This document shows, one piece after another, positions 31,134-42,800 of a DNA stretch of 64,000 bases. The stretch comes from an uncultured Magnetococcales bacterium (GTDB lineage Bacteria; Pseudomonadota; Alphaproteobacteria; UBA2136; JAPKEQ01). Positions within the stretch are counted from its first letter, which is position 1. Every line of letters starts with the position of its first letter. The notes beneath the pieces were generated by a model. It was given only the letters and a program-made list of their open reading frames with translations. It did not search any database and had not been told where the DNA came from. Location of the stretch: NCBI GenBank assembly GCA_964015495.1, contig CAXHDG010000006.1, forward strand, positions 27,566-91,565. The letters run 5' to 3'. Made by a program: the position numbers and the translations under genes.

Positions 31134-33413
31134 CTATTTAGACTGAGCCTCAACAACGGCAAGCGCTGTCATATTTACAATCTGGCGCACACTTGCACTC
31201 ACATTTAAAATATGCACAGGTTTTTCCATGCCAAGCAGAATAGGTCCAACCGTCTCTCCGCTGCGCATAATACTGCGTACCATATTAAAGGCAATGTTTG
31301 CACTATCAAGGTTTGGCATCATCAGCACATTGGCGGGCTCTTGCAGTTTACTGTCAGGGAAAGTTCGCTCCATAATATCCATGTTGAGCGCTGCATCTGC
31401 CTGCATTTCACCTTCCACAAGAATCTCTGGGTGATTATCACGAATTAAACGATACGCCTGACGCATTTTTTCTGCGCTAGCATTTTCATGAGAGCCAAAG
31501 TGAGAGTGACTCAGCAGCGCAAAGCGTGGCTCCATACCAAAGTGTTTCACTTCCTCATGGGCAAGTTTTGTCATTTCTGCAATTTGCTCTGGCGTCGGGT
31601 CTACGTTCACGTTGGTATCCCCAATAAAGAACATGCGCCCTTTGTGCATAACAAGCTGAAGGGCATAAAGGTTCTGAATCCCATCGCGCGCTTTAATAAT
31701 AGGCTGAATGGCACGAGAGAATTTACTAAAGCGACCCGTAACACCAACCACCATAGCATCTGCATCATTCTCATGCAGCATCACAGCGCCAAGGGCTGTC
31801 CAGCGGCTACGCAGTGCAATGGCGGCTTCTGGCGGCAGCATTCCGCTACGCTTACGCATGCTGTAATAAATCTCTGCGTAATGGTCTAGCTTGTCGTATG
31901 TGTTGGGGTCAATAAACTCAAAATCTTTGCCTGGCTTAATGGTCACACCAGATTTTTTCAGCTGCTCTTTTACAATTTTTTCACGGCCAATAATAATAGG
32001 GCGAGCAATCCCTTCATTGATAACTTGCTGCGCTGCACGTAAAACGCGCTCATCTTCACCTTCTGGGAAAATTACACGCTGCGGTGCACTTTTAGCTTTC
32101 ATGAATACTTGACGCATAATACCAAAGCTCTGATCTACACGGCCACGCAGGCTTTCTGTATAAGCGCTTAAATCTGCTAAAGGCTTACGGGCTACGCCAC
32201 TCTCCATAGCGGCCTTTGCAACAGCAGGAGAAACAACGCTCAGTAAACGTGGGTCAAATGGTTTTGGAATAATATATTCAGGGCCAAACTTAAGCTGCTC
32301 TGCGTTTTTATAACTGCTTGTCAGGCTATGATCTGCCGTTTGACGCGCAAGACCTGCAATAGCTTCTGCTGCGGCAATTTTCATTTCATCATTGACGCAA
32401 GTGGCTTCTACATCTAATGCCCCACGGAACATATACGGGAAACACAACACATTGTTAATTTGGTTAGGAAAATCACTGCGGCCTGTTCCAATAATGGCAT
32501 CTGGGCGCGCTTTTTTAGCAACCTCTGGCATAATCTCAGGCGTAGGGTTCGCCATAGCAAAAATGACTGGATTTTTAGCCATTTTCTTTACCATTTCCGG
32601 CTTAAGAACATTGCCAACAGATACGCCGAGGAAGATATCTGCGCCGTCAATGACCTGCGTAAGCGTACGCTTTTTAGTTTTGACGGCAAACTCTTCAATG
32701 TACTCGTTCATTTGCTCACGGCCCTGATAGACAACGCCGTCAATATCTACCATGGTAATGTTCTTTTTAGGAACACCCCACGCATGCAGCATTTTCATGC
32801 AGGCAAGGCCTGCTGCGCCCGCGCCATTGCAGACAACTTTAAGGGCAGATTTTTTCTTCTTATTGAGTTTTGTCGCGTTAATAATACCTGCAAGGAAAAT
32901 AATAGCTGTGCCGTGTTGGTCATCATGGAAAACTGGAATATCTAGGCGTTTTTGAAGCTCTTTTTCTACAATAAAGCACTCAGGGGCTTTAATATCTTCT
33001 AGGTTAATACCGCCAAATGTAGGTGCAATGCCAGCACAAATATCAATAAGTTTATGCGGGTCGTTTTCTTCCACCTCAATGTCAAAACAGTCTACCTGCG
33101 CAAAGTTTTTAAACAGAACGGCCTTGCCTTCCATAACAGGTTTACTGGCAAGAGGGCCAATGTTACCAAGGCCAAGCACTGCTGTACCGTTAGTGATAAC
33201 CGCAACCAAATTACTTTTAATTGTAAGGTTCCCTGCCTGAGACGGGTCATCTTTAATCACGTTACATACGTCTGCCACGCCCGGCGTATAAGCAAGGCTT
33301 AGGTCATCCTGCGTAATAAGGGGTTTTGATGGGAAAACTTCAAGCTTACCTGGCTTAGGGTGGCTATGGTAGGCAAGGGCATCTAAGGATGGTTTAGGTG
33401 TCTTTTTTGGCAT
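31134..33413 (-). CDS. maeB: NADP-dependent malic enzyme (malic enzyme domain fused to a PTA-like domain)
   Basis: 759 aa. The N-terminal [10 protein letters not shown]...[27 protein letters not shown] is typical of MaeB, and the C-terminal half is phosphate-acetyltransferase-like. Confidence 0.9.
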   Translation of the reverse strand: MPKKTPKPSLDALAYHSHPKPGKLEVFPSKPLITQDDLSLAYTPGVADVCNVIKDDPSQAGNLTIKSNLVAVITNGTAVLGLGNIGPLASKPVMEGKAVLFKNFAQVDCFDIEVEENDPHKLIDICAGIAPTFGGINLEDIKAPECFIVEKELQKRLDIPVFHDDQHGTAIIFLAGIINATKLNKKKKSALKVVCNGAGAAGLACMKMLHAWGVPKKNITMVDIDGVVYQGREQMNEYIEEFAVKTKKRTLTQVIDGADIFLGVSVGNVLKPEMVKKMAKNPVIFAMANPTPEIMPEVAKKARPDAIIGTGRSDFPNQINNVLCFPYMFRGALDVEATCVNDEMKIAAAEAIAGLARQTADHSLTSSYKNAEQLKFGPEYIIPKPFDPRLLSVVSPAVAKAAMESGVARKPLADLSAYTESLRGRVDQSFGIMRQVFMKAKSAPQRVIFPEGEDERVLRAAQQVINEGIARPIIIGREKIVKEQLKKSGVTIKPGKDFEFIDPNTYDKLDHYAEIYYSMRKRSGMLPPEAAIALRSRWTALGAVMLHENDADAMVVGVTGRFSKFSRAIQPIIKARDGIQNLYALQLVMHKGRMFFIGDTNVNVDPTPEQIAEMTKLAHEEVKHFGMEPRFALLSHSHFGSHENASAEKMRQAYRLIRDNHPEILVEGEMQADAALNMDIMERTFPDSKLQEPANVLMMPNLDSANIAFNMVRSIMRSGETVGPILLGMEKPVHILNVSASVRQIVNMTALAVVEAQSK

Positions 33414-33589
33414 TTATTTTTCTTACTTTGCGGTTAACCGTCTTTACTATACCGAAAACAGATAGCTTTCCCAATCAGCATCCTTCTTTTTACTCAATTG
33501 TAGCATTAAGGTTGACGCCGTAATGCAACAGGTAGTATACAGCGTATCATACATACACTTCCCTTCCCTTTTTTTCTGGAGATCGCACA

Positions 33590-33877
33590 ATGATCCTGCT
33601 TAACACTCAAACAGACGGCGTTGCCGTGTATGAAAGCCGCGATGCCATACCTGCAGGCCTGCAGGTGGAAACGCTTGGCGTGAGTTATAACTATGGCTTT
33701 GAATCTGATTATCACGATGAACCTGCGGATGCAAAACAGAAACTCTTGGCTGATATTGCAGCTTGCACAGGCTGCAATGCCATCATTATTCAGAGCTCAG
33801 GCTTTGAGATGATATCCCACAGCGCCACAGGCTTTGTTATTCGCGCCGCTTTGCTGCATGTAAAACCCGCCGAATAA
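33590..33877 (+). CDS. Hypothetical protein (95 aa)
   Basis: Intact ORF followed by the terminator at 33888-33915. Confidence 0.45.
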   Translation: MILLNTQTDGVAVYESRDAIPAGLQVETLGVSYNYGFESDYHDEPADAKQKLLADIAACTGCNAIIIQSSGFEMISHSATGFVIRAALLHVKPAE

Positions 33878-33887
33878 ATCGACTCTA

Positions 33888-33915
33888 TAAAAGCACCTTC
33901 GGGTGCTTTTTATTT
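33888..33915 (+). terminator. Rho-independent terminator
   Basis: Stem AGCACC/GGTGCT with loop TTCG, followed by a T-run. Confidence 0.7.
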
Positions 33916-34062
33916 TTATAACATTCTTGACACACCACAACCTCAATCCGTATACATAGGGGGTTGTTTATCTCTTTCCCTTTCATATTGGAGCACTCGT
34001 TACAGCACAAGCTCCATCCCAACGCCATATCGCCCTATGCGATAAAGCAGAGGAGTATTACT

Positions 34063-34662
34063 ATGAAATCCATTTTTTCCCGTAGAACTTTTCTTGCGGC
34101 CAGTACTGCACTTGTTGCAACAGCCGCAGCTGCCCCCATGGCGCTTGCCAGCACAGCCAAGGCACAGGAACAAACTGAAAAACTTTTTGCCGACATGCTT
34201 AATGCAGTAAACCTTGCCAAAGACGAGCGCACCCAATCATTTAGGAGCATTCTCGGCCGTTATGGCAACCCTTCAAGCATGGCAGGCTACGCACTCGGCC
34301 CTCTCAGGCGCATGTTCACTCCTGTTCAGCAAGAACAATTTACCCCAGTATTTCAAACATATCTTGCCCGTAAATATGGCAGGACTCTCTCCAAGTTGGG
34401 CATTCAAGGCCTTGAGATTGTTAAGATTGAAGAAAAAAGCAGAAGAGGTAAGGCCTACTTTGTTGTCCATGGAAAAATCTCAACCCGCAAATACGGAAAA
34501 GTCTTTGCCAAATTTTTCTTGGATAAGCGCGGCAGACAGTTGAAGTTTTATGACCTCCATATTGAACACCGCGGCATGCTAATTGCTGAACGCAATGAAA
34601 TGGGCACGCTATTTGACCAAAACCAACGGAACTTTAACAAGTTTCTCCAAGCGCTTTCTTGA
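34063..34662 (+). CDS. MlaC/Ttg2D-family periplasmic lipid-binding protein with a Tat-type signal
   Basis: MKSIFSRRTFLAAS twin-arginine signal. The body resembles toluene-tolerance Ttg2D/MlaC proteins. The ORF-track N-extension is rejected. Confidence 0.5.
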   Translation: MKSIFSRRTFLAASTALVATAAAAPMALASTAKAQEQTEKLFADMLNAVNLAKDERTQSFRSILGRYGNPSSMAGYALGPLRRMFTPVQQEQFTPVFQTYLARKYGRTLSKLGIQGLEIVKIEEKSRRGKAYFVVHGKISTRKYGKVFAKFFLDKRGRQLKFYDLHIEHRGMLIAERNEMGTLFDQNQRNFNKFLQALS

Positions 34663-34673
34663 TAATCGTAAAA

Positions 34674-34706
34674 TAAAAACACCCTGCAGATGCAGGGTGT
34701 TTTTAT
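34674..34706. terminator. Bidirectional rho-independent terminator
   Basis: 10-bp stem ACACCCTGCA/TGCAGGGTGT flanked by A- and T-runs, between convergent genes. Confidence 0.75.
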
Positions 34707-34801
34707 TTCGCGAGTGTCGTTTTTATCTTCACTTAAACGCAAAGCAGAGCATCAAACCTTATGCCGCTATAACTCTAGCATGCATAGAATCAATCACGGC
34801 T

Positions 34802-35476
34802 CTATTTGTACGCATATTGTAAAACACCATCCCTAATAACTTCTGGGCTAGCTTCATGTTTAAAGAAACCAATGTTTGTCACGCCGTCTGTATCCATCAA
34901 ATAAATATAAGAACTATGGTTTAATAGATAGTTACCAAGTGCATCCAGATCTTCTCTTTCATCCTTGGCGTAATATACTTTATAAGCTTTTGCAGCATCT
35001 TTAACTTGTTTTTGCGTCCCTGTAAGGCCGATCATGTTTTCGCTAAAGTTTGGCAGGTAATGAGAAAGGAGCTCAGGATCATCTCGCTCTGGATCAACCG
35101 TTACAAATACAAGATTAACTTTGTCCTGCACTTCCTTTGGCAGCTGGTCGTGGGCATCTGCCATGGCCTGAAGACCGATAGGACAAACATCCGGGCAGTA
35201 AGTAAAGCCAAAGTAAATAAGGCTGTGCTTACCCTTTAGATTTTCTTGTGTAAACACATGGCCATGATTATCAACAAGCTCAAATGCGCCACCAATAATA
35301 GGGCTTCCCTGCCCCATGTGCCCCGTAACTGCGCCTGTCTCATCGCCTGCAATTATTGTTCCTGCCTTTTGTGCAATACTCTCTGGTGTGTAGTATTGGC
35401 CGTAAATAAGGTACATCATGCAAATAAGAACAAGACTTAAAAATGTATATTTATGCTGGGCGATAATATGACGCAT
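34802..35476 (-). CDS. SCO1/SenC family copper chaperone (thioredoxin fold)
   Basis: N-terminal TM anchor and an FGFTYCPDVCP (CxxxCP) copper-binding motif. Confidence 0.85.
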   Translation of the reverse strand: MRHIIAQHKYTFLSLVLICMMYLIYGQYYTPESIAQKAGTIIAGDETGAVTGHMGQGSPIIGGAFELVDNHGHVFTQENLKGKHSLIYFGFTYCPDVCPIGLQAMADAHDQLPKEVQDKVNLVFVTVDPERDDPELLSHYLPNFSENMIGLTGTQKQVKDAAKAYKVYYAKDEREDLDALGNYLLNHSSYIYLMDTDGVTNIGFFKHEASPEVIRDGVLQYAYK

Positions 35477-35494
35477 AAGAAGGACTCCTTTAAA

Positions 35495-35528
35495 ATAAAA
35501 TGCTACACATTATGTGTAGCATTTTACA
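35495..35528 (-). terminator. Rho-independent terminator
   Basis: Stem ATGCTACAC/GTGTAGCAT followed by a T-run on the minus strand, after the 35555 gene. Confidence 0.65.
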
Positions 35529-35554
35529 GTTATTATTCCAAGTAAAGACACAAA

Positions 35555-37393
35555 TTAAGTGCCACCCAGCGTCATAACAGAGATATCATCCCAATCTCCA
35601 GTATTACCATGTACATTGGTTGTATAAATCGTTACACCTGTTGTTGTTTTAGCATGCAAATAAGGGTTACTCCGCTCATCTGCTGCTGTTAAAGCATTAC
35701 CATGGTAAATAAATATGGCGTAATCTGTATTGCTCATAGCCGTTGAAAAGTTAACGCGGTAATACCCCACGCCAAGATCTGTCACACTTGATACATTATG
35801 AGACCCACGAACAGATACCGTACCCTGGCCATTAAAGTTTACCCAAGAACTAATGCCTCCACCGCCTGTACGATCATCTACATATTTTTTAGTAGCCGCA
35901 TGTTGATTAGATGTTGGGTCTGTTAGGTTTTTAATAACACCAACAACACGCACACCATCACTTGTAGTTCTAAATTTTTCAGTGCCATTATAATAAAGAC
36001 GGGTATTATTATCAGGATCAGCCAAAATCATAGTCCTGTCTGTTCCGCCACCATCTTCTGCCGTTATATAAATTGGAACACCATGAGTATAACCGCGTAT
36101 AACATGGTTTGTGCCATCATGACGAATACGAAAATCTGCATTGTTACCTAAACGGACCTCATAACTGTCTTGCCATTCAGTATGTCCTGTTATGTTATCA
36201 TTGGCATCTGCGCGAATAAATGATGCCGCATGAAGACTATCAACCGTATCTGCATTGGCTGCTGCTGTATCTACATAAGCCTTTGTGGCTGCATCTTGGT
36301 TACCTGTTGGGTCTGTCAGGCCTGAAATACGCCCAGCTACAGTAACACCAGTATTTGCCGTTTCAAATTTTTTAGCTCCTGCATAATATAAAGCTACATT
36401 ATTGTCAGGATCAGCAATAAAAAGATTACGATTGGTCCCGGCAGCGTCCTCACCCTGCACGATCACTCGTGCACCATGAGTGTAGCTTCTCATAACAGTA
36501 TCAGCACCGTTAAAGTCCATCCTAAAGTCAGCATCTGTACCAAGGCGAACATCCATATTATCTTGCCATTCCGTATGCCCCGCCACAGTATCGTTGGCAT
36601 CTGCGCGAATAAATGAAGCACTGTCAATGCCATCTACTGTTGCGGCATCTAGTGCAGAGGGCGCAGTTGTACAGTTTACGGCTGTGCCATCCGTTGTACA
36701 GAAATTTGTATTTGTAAGCGTGCCGACTTGCGGATCAGTTTCTGCAATAGGCAATAGAGAGGTTCCACCAAACGTAACATCACTTGGCGTTACAACAAGA
36801 GAGCTTCCCCACGTGACTGGTTGATCATTACCTGCACCAGGGTTAGAAGAAACTTTAAATGTAAGGGCTGTATTAGCGACTGCATCAATGTTAGACGTCA
36901 TAACAACCGCACCACCACCATGGGTAAAACGCTCATCACCTGTTGTAAAATCGTGCCCCATACGCATTTGAACATTACCGCCACCATCGTTATAAGTAAG
37001 ACTGTTCACACCGTTTTCCCATAGAAGGCCTGTAGCTGCAGTTGAAGCAAGCGTACCTGCGGTATAAGTTCCAGTACCTGTAATATCATTAGCACCCATA
37101 GCAAGGGTCTGCGTAGCTGTATGGTTACCAAGGTCATCAGATCCACCGATCGCACCAAGCGTAATCCAGTTTGTGCCATCACAATAAGCTATGGCATTAG
37201 CGGCATCATCCCAAACAAGAGCGCCCTCTTCTGTTGAAGTTAAAAAATTAGCTGCACCAAGTCCTGCCTTGCTGTCTGCATTAAGACGAAGCTGAAGTAC
37301 AGGATCACTCGCTGTGCCCACTGGCGCTGCTGGACAAATTGCGTAAGCATTAAAGCTTATTAAAGAAATTCCAACTAACAAAAGAAAACGCAT
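35555..37393 (-). CDS. Secreted repeat protein with phage tail-fibre-like modules (612 aa)
   Basis: Signal peptide MRFLLLVGISLISFNAYA. Two repeats with 131-aa spacing each end in L-DPT-NQ-AATK-YVD, a motif seen in tail-fibre/tailspike proteins. Confidence 0.5.
   Translation of the reverse strand: MRFLLLVGISLISFNAYAICPAAPVGTASDPVLQLRLNADSKAGLGAANFLTSTEEGALVWDDAANAIAYCDGTNWITLGAIGGSDDLGNHTATQTLAMGANDITGTGTYTAGTLASTAATGLLWENGVNSLTYNDGGGNVQMRMGHDFTTGDERFTHGGGAVVMTSNIDAVANTALTFKVSSNPGAGNDQPVTWGSSLVVTPSDVTFGGTSLLPIAETDPQVGTLTNTNFCTTDGTAVNCTTAPSALDAATVDGIDSASFIRADANDTVAGHTEWQDNMDVRLGTDADFRMDFNGADTVMRSYTHGARVIVQGEDAAGTNRNLFIADPDNNVALYYAGAKKFETANTGVTVAGRISGLTDPTGNQDAATKAYVDTAAANADTVDSLHAASFIRADANDNITGHTEWQDSYEVRLGNNADFRIRHDGTNHVIRGYTHGVPIYITAEDGGGTDRTMILADPDNNTRLYYNGTEKFRTTSDGVRVVGVIKNLTDPTSNQHAATKKYVDDRTGGGGISSWVNFNGQGTVSVRGSHNVSSVTDLGVGYYRVNFSTAMSNTDYAIFIYHGNALTAADERSNPYLHAKTTTGVTIYTTNVHGNTGDWDDISVMTLGGT
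35876..36616 (-). repeat. Intragenic tandem repeat (unit 1 at 36269-36616, unit 2 at 35876-36223)
   Basis: Residues 260-375 and 391-506 align along their full length (SFIRADAND..GHTEWQD..RLG..ADFR...YTHG...DPDNN..LYY.G..KF....G V.V.G....LTDPT.NQ.AATK.YVD). Confidence 0.8.
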
Positions 37394-37619
37394 GCTATCC
37401 CACCATCTTTATATATATTTACCAAATCAAGTATAACTCAACGCTTTAAAATAGCACCTTCTGTGGCTATGAAACAATCCATATGCTTATAGTTGGTAAC
37501 ATTAAAGACACACTTTACTAAACTGACAAAAAAGCTTATTTCTTTTCAAAAGATGTACTTGCATCCCCCCCTCTTTTAAAGGCAACATATTTATGTAAAC
37601 CATAAATTAAAGAAAACCT

Positions 37620-38159
37620 ATGAACCTATTTTTTCGCCTTGTTATTCTCACCCTTAAAAGGCTTCTATTTTCCAGCCCCCTTAACCCTTTTGAGCCATGC
37701 ACAACACGCTTTCGTGTTAACCCTTTAGATCTAGATCTAAACTTTCATATGAATAATGGGCGTTATCTTTCCATCATGGACCTTGGCCGTATTGACCTCA
37801 TGCTTCGCGCTGGTATCTTTTGGAAACTTACCAAAAAAGGCTTTTACCCCGTTGTAACATCGGAAAGCATCCGCTTTAGAAAATCCCTCAACCTCTTTCA
37901 ATCATTTCATGTCATTACTCATATTGAATCTTGGGATGAGAAAGATTTTTATATCACTCAAAAATTTATGCGCAGCGGACAAACCATTGCTGAAGCGAGC
38001 ATTAAAGGACGCTTCAAACAGCGCGGCAAAGGGTCTGTTTCTACGTTAGATACCTTTGATGCCATGGGTATCCCCCATACAGAAAGCGATCTTTCAGACC
38101 TTGCAAAGGCTCAAAAAAGTATTGAGCAGTTACTTGCTCCCACAAAAAAAAGCGCATAA
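37620..38159 (+). CDS. Hotdog-fold acyl-CoA thioesterase-like protein (4HBT_2-like)
   Basis: The block NPLDLDLNFHMNNGRYLSIMDLGRIDL resembles the thioesterase superfamily. Confidence 0.5.
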   Translation: MNLFFRLVILTLKRLLFSSPLNPFEPCTTRFRVNPLDLDLNFHMNNGRYLSIMDLGRIDLMLRAGIFWKLTKKGFYPVVTSESIRFRKSLNLFQSFHVITHIESWDEKDFYITQKFMRSGQTIAEASIKGRFKQRGKGSVSTLDTFDAMGIPHTESDLSDLAKAQKSIEQLLAPTKKSA

Positions 38160-38457
38160 AATAGGCCCTTGACAGTTTTAGTTCCATTTTGTTAAACTAA
38201 CCTCATAAGTAACAGAAGCTAATAGCCTTTTCTGGCTGGTAAATTTCTATTTAAATCTACACATAACGTTTTTTACGTGCGTTTGTCGCACACCTACTCA
38301 GATTTATGAGCTGTTTTTCAGTCATAATCTTTCACCCTTAACTCAAACTCATGAGTAAGTTGTGGATGAATTTTTTCTCTTTTATGAATGCGAAGCGTGC
38401 TTTATGTACGCGAGCAGACATAAAAAGTAAAAAGTCGCCGCAAGACACCAGGAGAAC

Positions 38458-39834
38458 ATGGAGGCATTATTGCTTGGACTTAACGCTGTAACCCTACTCG
38501 TTGTTCTCACAACGGCTCTGCTGATCTTTAACAAAAAGGTCCTTAAACTTCACCCCACTATTGGCCTTATGCTGTCTGCGGTGCTGACCAGTATTATATT
38601 TTTGGCTGTCAACGCCCTCGGTTGGATTGACGCAACCACCCATGTCACCACACTTGTGGGTGCTATGGATTTCCCCAACCTGCTCATGAACTGGGTCATG
38701 CCCTTCCTGCTGTTTGCAGGGGCACTCAAAGTAAATGTGGCTTACCTGAAAAGCCATCGCTGGGCGATTGGTGTTCTTTCTACTGTTGGCGTGCTGGCAA
38801 GCTCCATAATGCTGGGCATTATGCTGTGGCTTACATCCTTTGTTATGGGGCTGCCGCTTACGTTTTTGCACTGCTGGCTGCTGGGCTCTATTTTGATGCC
38901 CACCGACCCTGTAGTTGTGAGTTCGCTCCTTAAAAAGCTGAAAGTTCCACGCAAACTGAGCGCTAAAATTTCTGGCGAATCGCTGTTTAACGACGGCGTG
39001 GCGGTTATTTTGTTCTTGGCGCTTGCTGGCGCTGTATCTGGCACCCATGAGGTCGCCGGCGGCGTAACGGGCATTCATGATTTGAGCCTTTTGCAGCTGC
39101 TTTCTCTTCCCTTTGTGGAAATTGGCGGCGCTGTGATTATTGGCCTGATTCTCGGACAAGTGGCCTGCTGGCTACTGCACCACAACACAGACCTCATCAT
39201 TGAGCTGTTTATTACCATAAGCCTTGTGCTTGTGGGCGTGCTACTGACCAACGGCCCGACCAACGCCTTTGGCCTTGGCCCGAACATGCCGCTTACGGTG
39301 GTCATTGCGGGTCTGTTTATTGGCAATCATGGACGCAAAACCAACAAGCTGACGTGGGAAAACCGCGCTGAGCTCTCTAAAATTTGGGAGATCATTGACG
39401 AGTTTCTGGTGACGCTGCTCTTTGTGCTCATGGGCATGATGCTTGTGATTATTAACCTAAGCGCGGTTTACATAGTGGCAGGTCTTCTCACCAGCATATT
39501 TGTGCTGATCGCTCGCTACGTGGCGGTAACACAGACCATCAAATGGCTGGAAAGCAGAGATATGGAAACCTTTACCGAGGGCTCACTTCCTATTCTCGTT
39601 TGGGGCGGTATGCGCGGTACCATCTCCTTTGCTATGGTGATGATGCTGCCCATCAGCCCCGCCAGAGACGCCATGCTCGCCATAACCTTTATCGTGGTGG
39701 CGCTGTCTATTTTTGTGCAGGGCCTCACCATGGAGTCGGTGATCAAAAAAGCCCTTCCCAAAGCAACAGAGGAAGAGCGGGCACCCAAGCCCAAAAAAGA
39801 AGCCCAAGAGGCGAACAAAAAAGCGGAGAATTAA
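38458..39834 (+). CDS. Na+/H+ (cation:proton) antiporter, CPA1/NhaP type
   Basis: About 12 TM, with the hallmark GESLFNDGVAVILF motif and a Lys/Glu-rich tail. Confidence 0.8.
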   Translation: MEALLLGLNAVTLLVVLTTALLIFNKKVLKLHPTIGLMLSAVLTSIIFLAVNALGWIDATTHVTTLVGAMDFPNLLMNWVMPFLLFAGALKVNVAYLKSHRWAIGVLSTVGVLASSIMLGIMLWLTSFVMGLPLTFLHCWLLGSILMPTDPVVVSSLLKKLKVPRKLSAKISGESLFNDGVAVILFLALAGAVSGTHEVAGGVTGIHDLSLLQLLSLPFVEIGGAVIIGLILGQVACWLLHHNTDLIIELFITISLVLVGVLLTNGPTNAFGLGPNMPLTVVIAGLFIGNHGRKTNKLTWENRAELSKIWEIIDEFLVTLLFVLMGMMLVIINLSAVYIVAGLLTSIFVLIARYVAVTQTIKWLESRDMETFTEGSLPILVWGGMRGTISFAMVMMLPISPARDAMLAITFIVVALSIFVQGLTMESVIKKALPKATEEERAPKPKKEAQEANKKAEN

Positions 39835-39856
39835 AAAACTCCGCCCCAAAAAATCG

Positions 39857-39886
39857 AAAAAAAAAGCGCCCCATGGGCGCTTTTTA
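39857..39886. terminator. Bidirectional rho-independent terminator between convergent genes
   Basis: A-run, stem GCGCCC/GGGCGC, then T-run. Confidence 0.7.
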
Positions 39887-39892
39887 TTGCCG

Positions 39893-42800
39893 TTAACCTT
39901 TCCCCAACCTCAGCGCCTTTCTCATATAAAGTGCGTACACCACAGGAATCAAAATCAGTGTTAAAATCAGCGTACTGAACATGCCGCTGACCATAGGGAG
40001 GGCGATGCGGCGCATTACATCTGCCCCCGGGCCGTTTGTGAAAAACACTGGCAGCAGGCCAAACACGATGGTGCTGACAGTCATCAGTTTTGGACGCATA
40101 CGCAGCACCGCTCCTTGGGTGATGGCTTCCAGCAGAGCAGTATAAGTTTTTGGCTTTTTGAGGCTTACTTGCTGGTCGATATAGATGAGCATCACGATAG
40201 CTGTTTCTACCGCAATACCTGCCAGCGCAATAAAGCCCACCGCCACGGCAACAGAGATATTATACCCCGCCAAATACACGCCCCAAAAGCCGCCAACAAG
40301 GCCAAACGGCACAGCCAGCATAATCAGGCAGGTGCGATCCCATCTGCCAAAATGCATATACAAAAGCGTAATAATAATGAGTAATGCCGCAGGGATGGCA
40401 AAGCTGAAGCGTTTATTGGCTTCTTGCATTTGCTCAAACTGACCAGAAAAACTAATACTATAGCCAGACGGCAGTTTTAGTCCTTGCGTCAGCGCCGCGC
40501 GCATATCGTCAATATAGCCGAGGATGTCCCTGCCCTCTATATCCACAAACACCCAGCCGCTCAGACGGGCGTTTTCAGATTTAATCAGCGGCGGGCCTTC
40601 TACAAAACTGATGTTTGCTAGCTCCGCAAGCGTAATATGCGCACCCGAGGGCGCTGGCACCAGCACGTTTTCAAGGTCGGTAATATCCTCTCTAAATGGC
40701 CTGTCATAGCGCACCATAATGGCGTAGCGTTCGCGTCCTTCAATGGCCTCTGTCAGCTTAACGCCCCCAAGCGCCGTTTGGATAATTTTTTGTACCGTAC
40801 CGATTTCTATGCCGTAGCGTGCCAGCGCACGGCGGTTGGGTACAATATCAATATATTTGCCCCCCTGTACGCGGTCTGCAATGGCGCTACGAGTGCCAGA
40901 TACACCCTTGGCAAGGCGCTCCACATCCTTGGCAATTTTATCAATGCCTTTTAAATTCGGTCCAGAAATTTTGATCCCCACGGGGGTTCTTATCCCTGTT
41001 GTCAGCATATCGAGGCGGGTTTTAATGGGATACCCCCAGCTGTTCATCATCCCTGGCAGGCGCACTTTCTCGTTCATCTCTGCCATGAGTTTTTCTGGCG
41101 TCATACCTGCGCGCCATTTATCTATGGGCTTCAGTTCAATCCATGTCTCTATCATAGAGAGCGGTGCGGGGTCGGTGGCGGTATCAGCTCTGCCCGCCTT
41201 ACCAAACACGTGTTTAACTTCGGGAAACTCTTTGATCATTTTATTGCTGGTTTGCAGAATTTGACGGGTCTGTGACGGCGTTACCCCCGGCAGTGTCATG
41301 GGCATATAAAGCAGATCTCCTTCATATAGCGGCGGCATAAATTCATGTCCTGTTTTTAAAGTGGGCCAAAGGGTACTTGCGCCCAAAACACATGCAAAAA
41401 TAAGCGTTGCCATTGGTTTTTGCAGCGCCTTTTTAAGGACAGGTTTATAGAGCCTCACAAAGAAACGATTGATAGGGTTTTCGCCCTCGGATTTAACTGT
41501 GCCTTTCATCAGCCAGACCATCAGCACAGGCACCAATGTAATAGACAAAACCGCCGCCCATGCCATGGCATACGTTTTAGTATATGCCAGCGGCGTAAAG
41601 AGCTTTTCTGATTGGCCTGTGAGCGCAAACACAGGCAGGAAGCTAACAGTAATAATAAGTAAGCTAAAGAACAGCCCAGGGCCGACTTCCTTGGCGGCTG
41701 AGAGCACTATATCTCTATGCTGTTTTTTGCTCGGCGTACCTTTAAATGCGGCAAGGCGGCGGTGGGCATTTTCCACCATCACAATGCTGGCATCCACCAT
41801 AGCGCCAACAGCAATAGCAATACCGCCAAGGCTCATAATATTAGCGGTAATCCCTTGGGCATACATCAACAAAAACGCCCCTAAAATACCAAGCGGCAGC
41901 GTGATAATAGCCACCAGTGCACTACGTACATGCAGTAAAAATATGAAGCACACCAAAGCGACCATAAGGCTTTCTTCCAGCAGCTTATTACGCAGGTATT
42001 CTATAGAGCCGTTAATGAGTTTAGAGCGATCATATACCACCTTAACGTCCACACCCTCTGGCAGGCCAGAGCGCAGCTCCTCTAGGCGAGTTTTGACGTC
42101 TTCAATAACGGTGAGCGCATTGGCGCCGGGGCGCATCACAACAATACCGCCGACGGTTTCGCCTTCTCCGTCGTATTCTGCAACGCCGCGCCTTTGGGCA
42201 GGGCCTTCCTGTACGGTAGCAATATCGGTGAGCAGTACAGGCACGCCATTTCTACTGCCGACCACAGTTTCTTTGAGGTCTTTTAATGCGGATACGTACC
42301 CGCGGGAGCGGATCATAAATTCGCTTTCTGCAAGCTCCATTGTGCGGCCGCCAACTTCCGCGTTGGCTTCACTCACTGCTTTAGAAACTTGAGTGAGATG
42401 GATATTAAAGGCGCGCAATCTATTCGGGTCTACAAGAATTTGGTACTCTTTCACAAATCCGCCAATGGAGGCCACTTCAGCAACGCCATCAACTGTGAGA
42501 AGTTCAAATTTTAAAAACCAATCTTGTAAGCTTCTTAAGTTCGCAAGATCATGCTTTCCTGATGTATCTACCAGTGCATATTGGAATACCCAGCCAACCC
42601 CTGTGGCATCTGGCCCCAACTGCGCAGAGATACCTTCTGGCAATTTATTTTGCACTTGGGAGAGGGCTTCAAGCACGCGGCTGCGCGCCCAGTACATATC
42701 AATCTTATCTTCAAAAATGACATAAACAAAGCTAGTGCCAAACATAGAGTATCCACGCACCACTTTTGTATGAGGCAGCCCAAGCATTTGGCTCGCCAGC

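Noticed and set aside
35555-37393. A possible prophage, suggested by the tail-fibre-like gene.
   Set aside because: No capsid, terminase, tail, lysis or integrase genes lie nearby, and the flanks are housekeeping genes. I report only a lone fibre-like gene.
38160-38457. A possible riboswitch or leader in the ~290-nt region upstream of the NhaP-type antiporter gene (TTGACA-like box at about 38169).
   Set aside because: I could not recognise any known riboswitch core or a convincing terminator/antiterminator pair. Only short hairpins are present.
41469-42392. A 307-aa ORF antisense to the CusA/CzcA gene, together with similar antisense ORFs in uvrD, maeB, the NhaP gene and mgtE.
   Set aside because: These are shadow ORFs inside well-supported genes on the opposite strand. 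Their composition is Ser/Thr/Ala/Pro-biased and they have no motifs.
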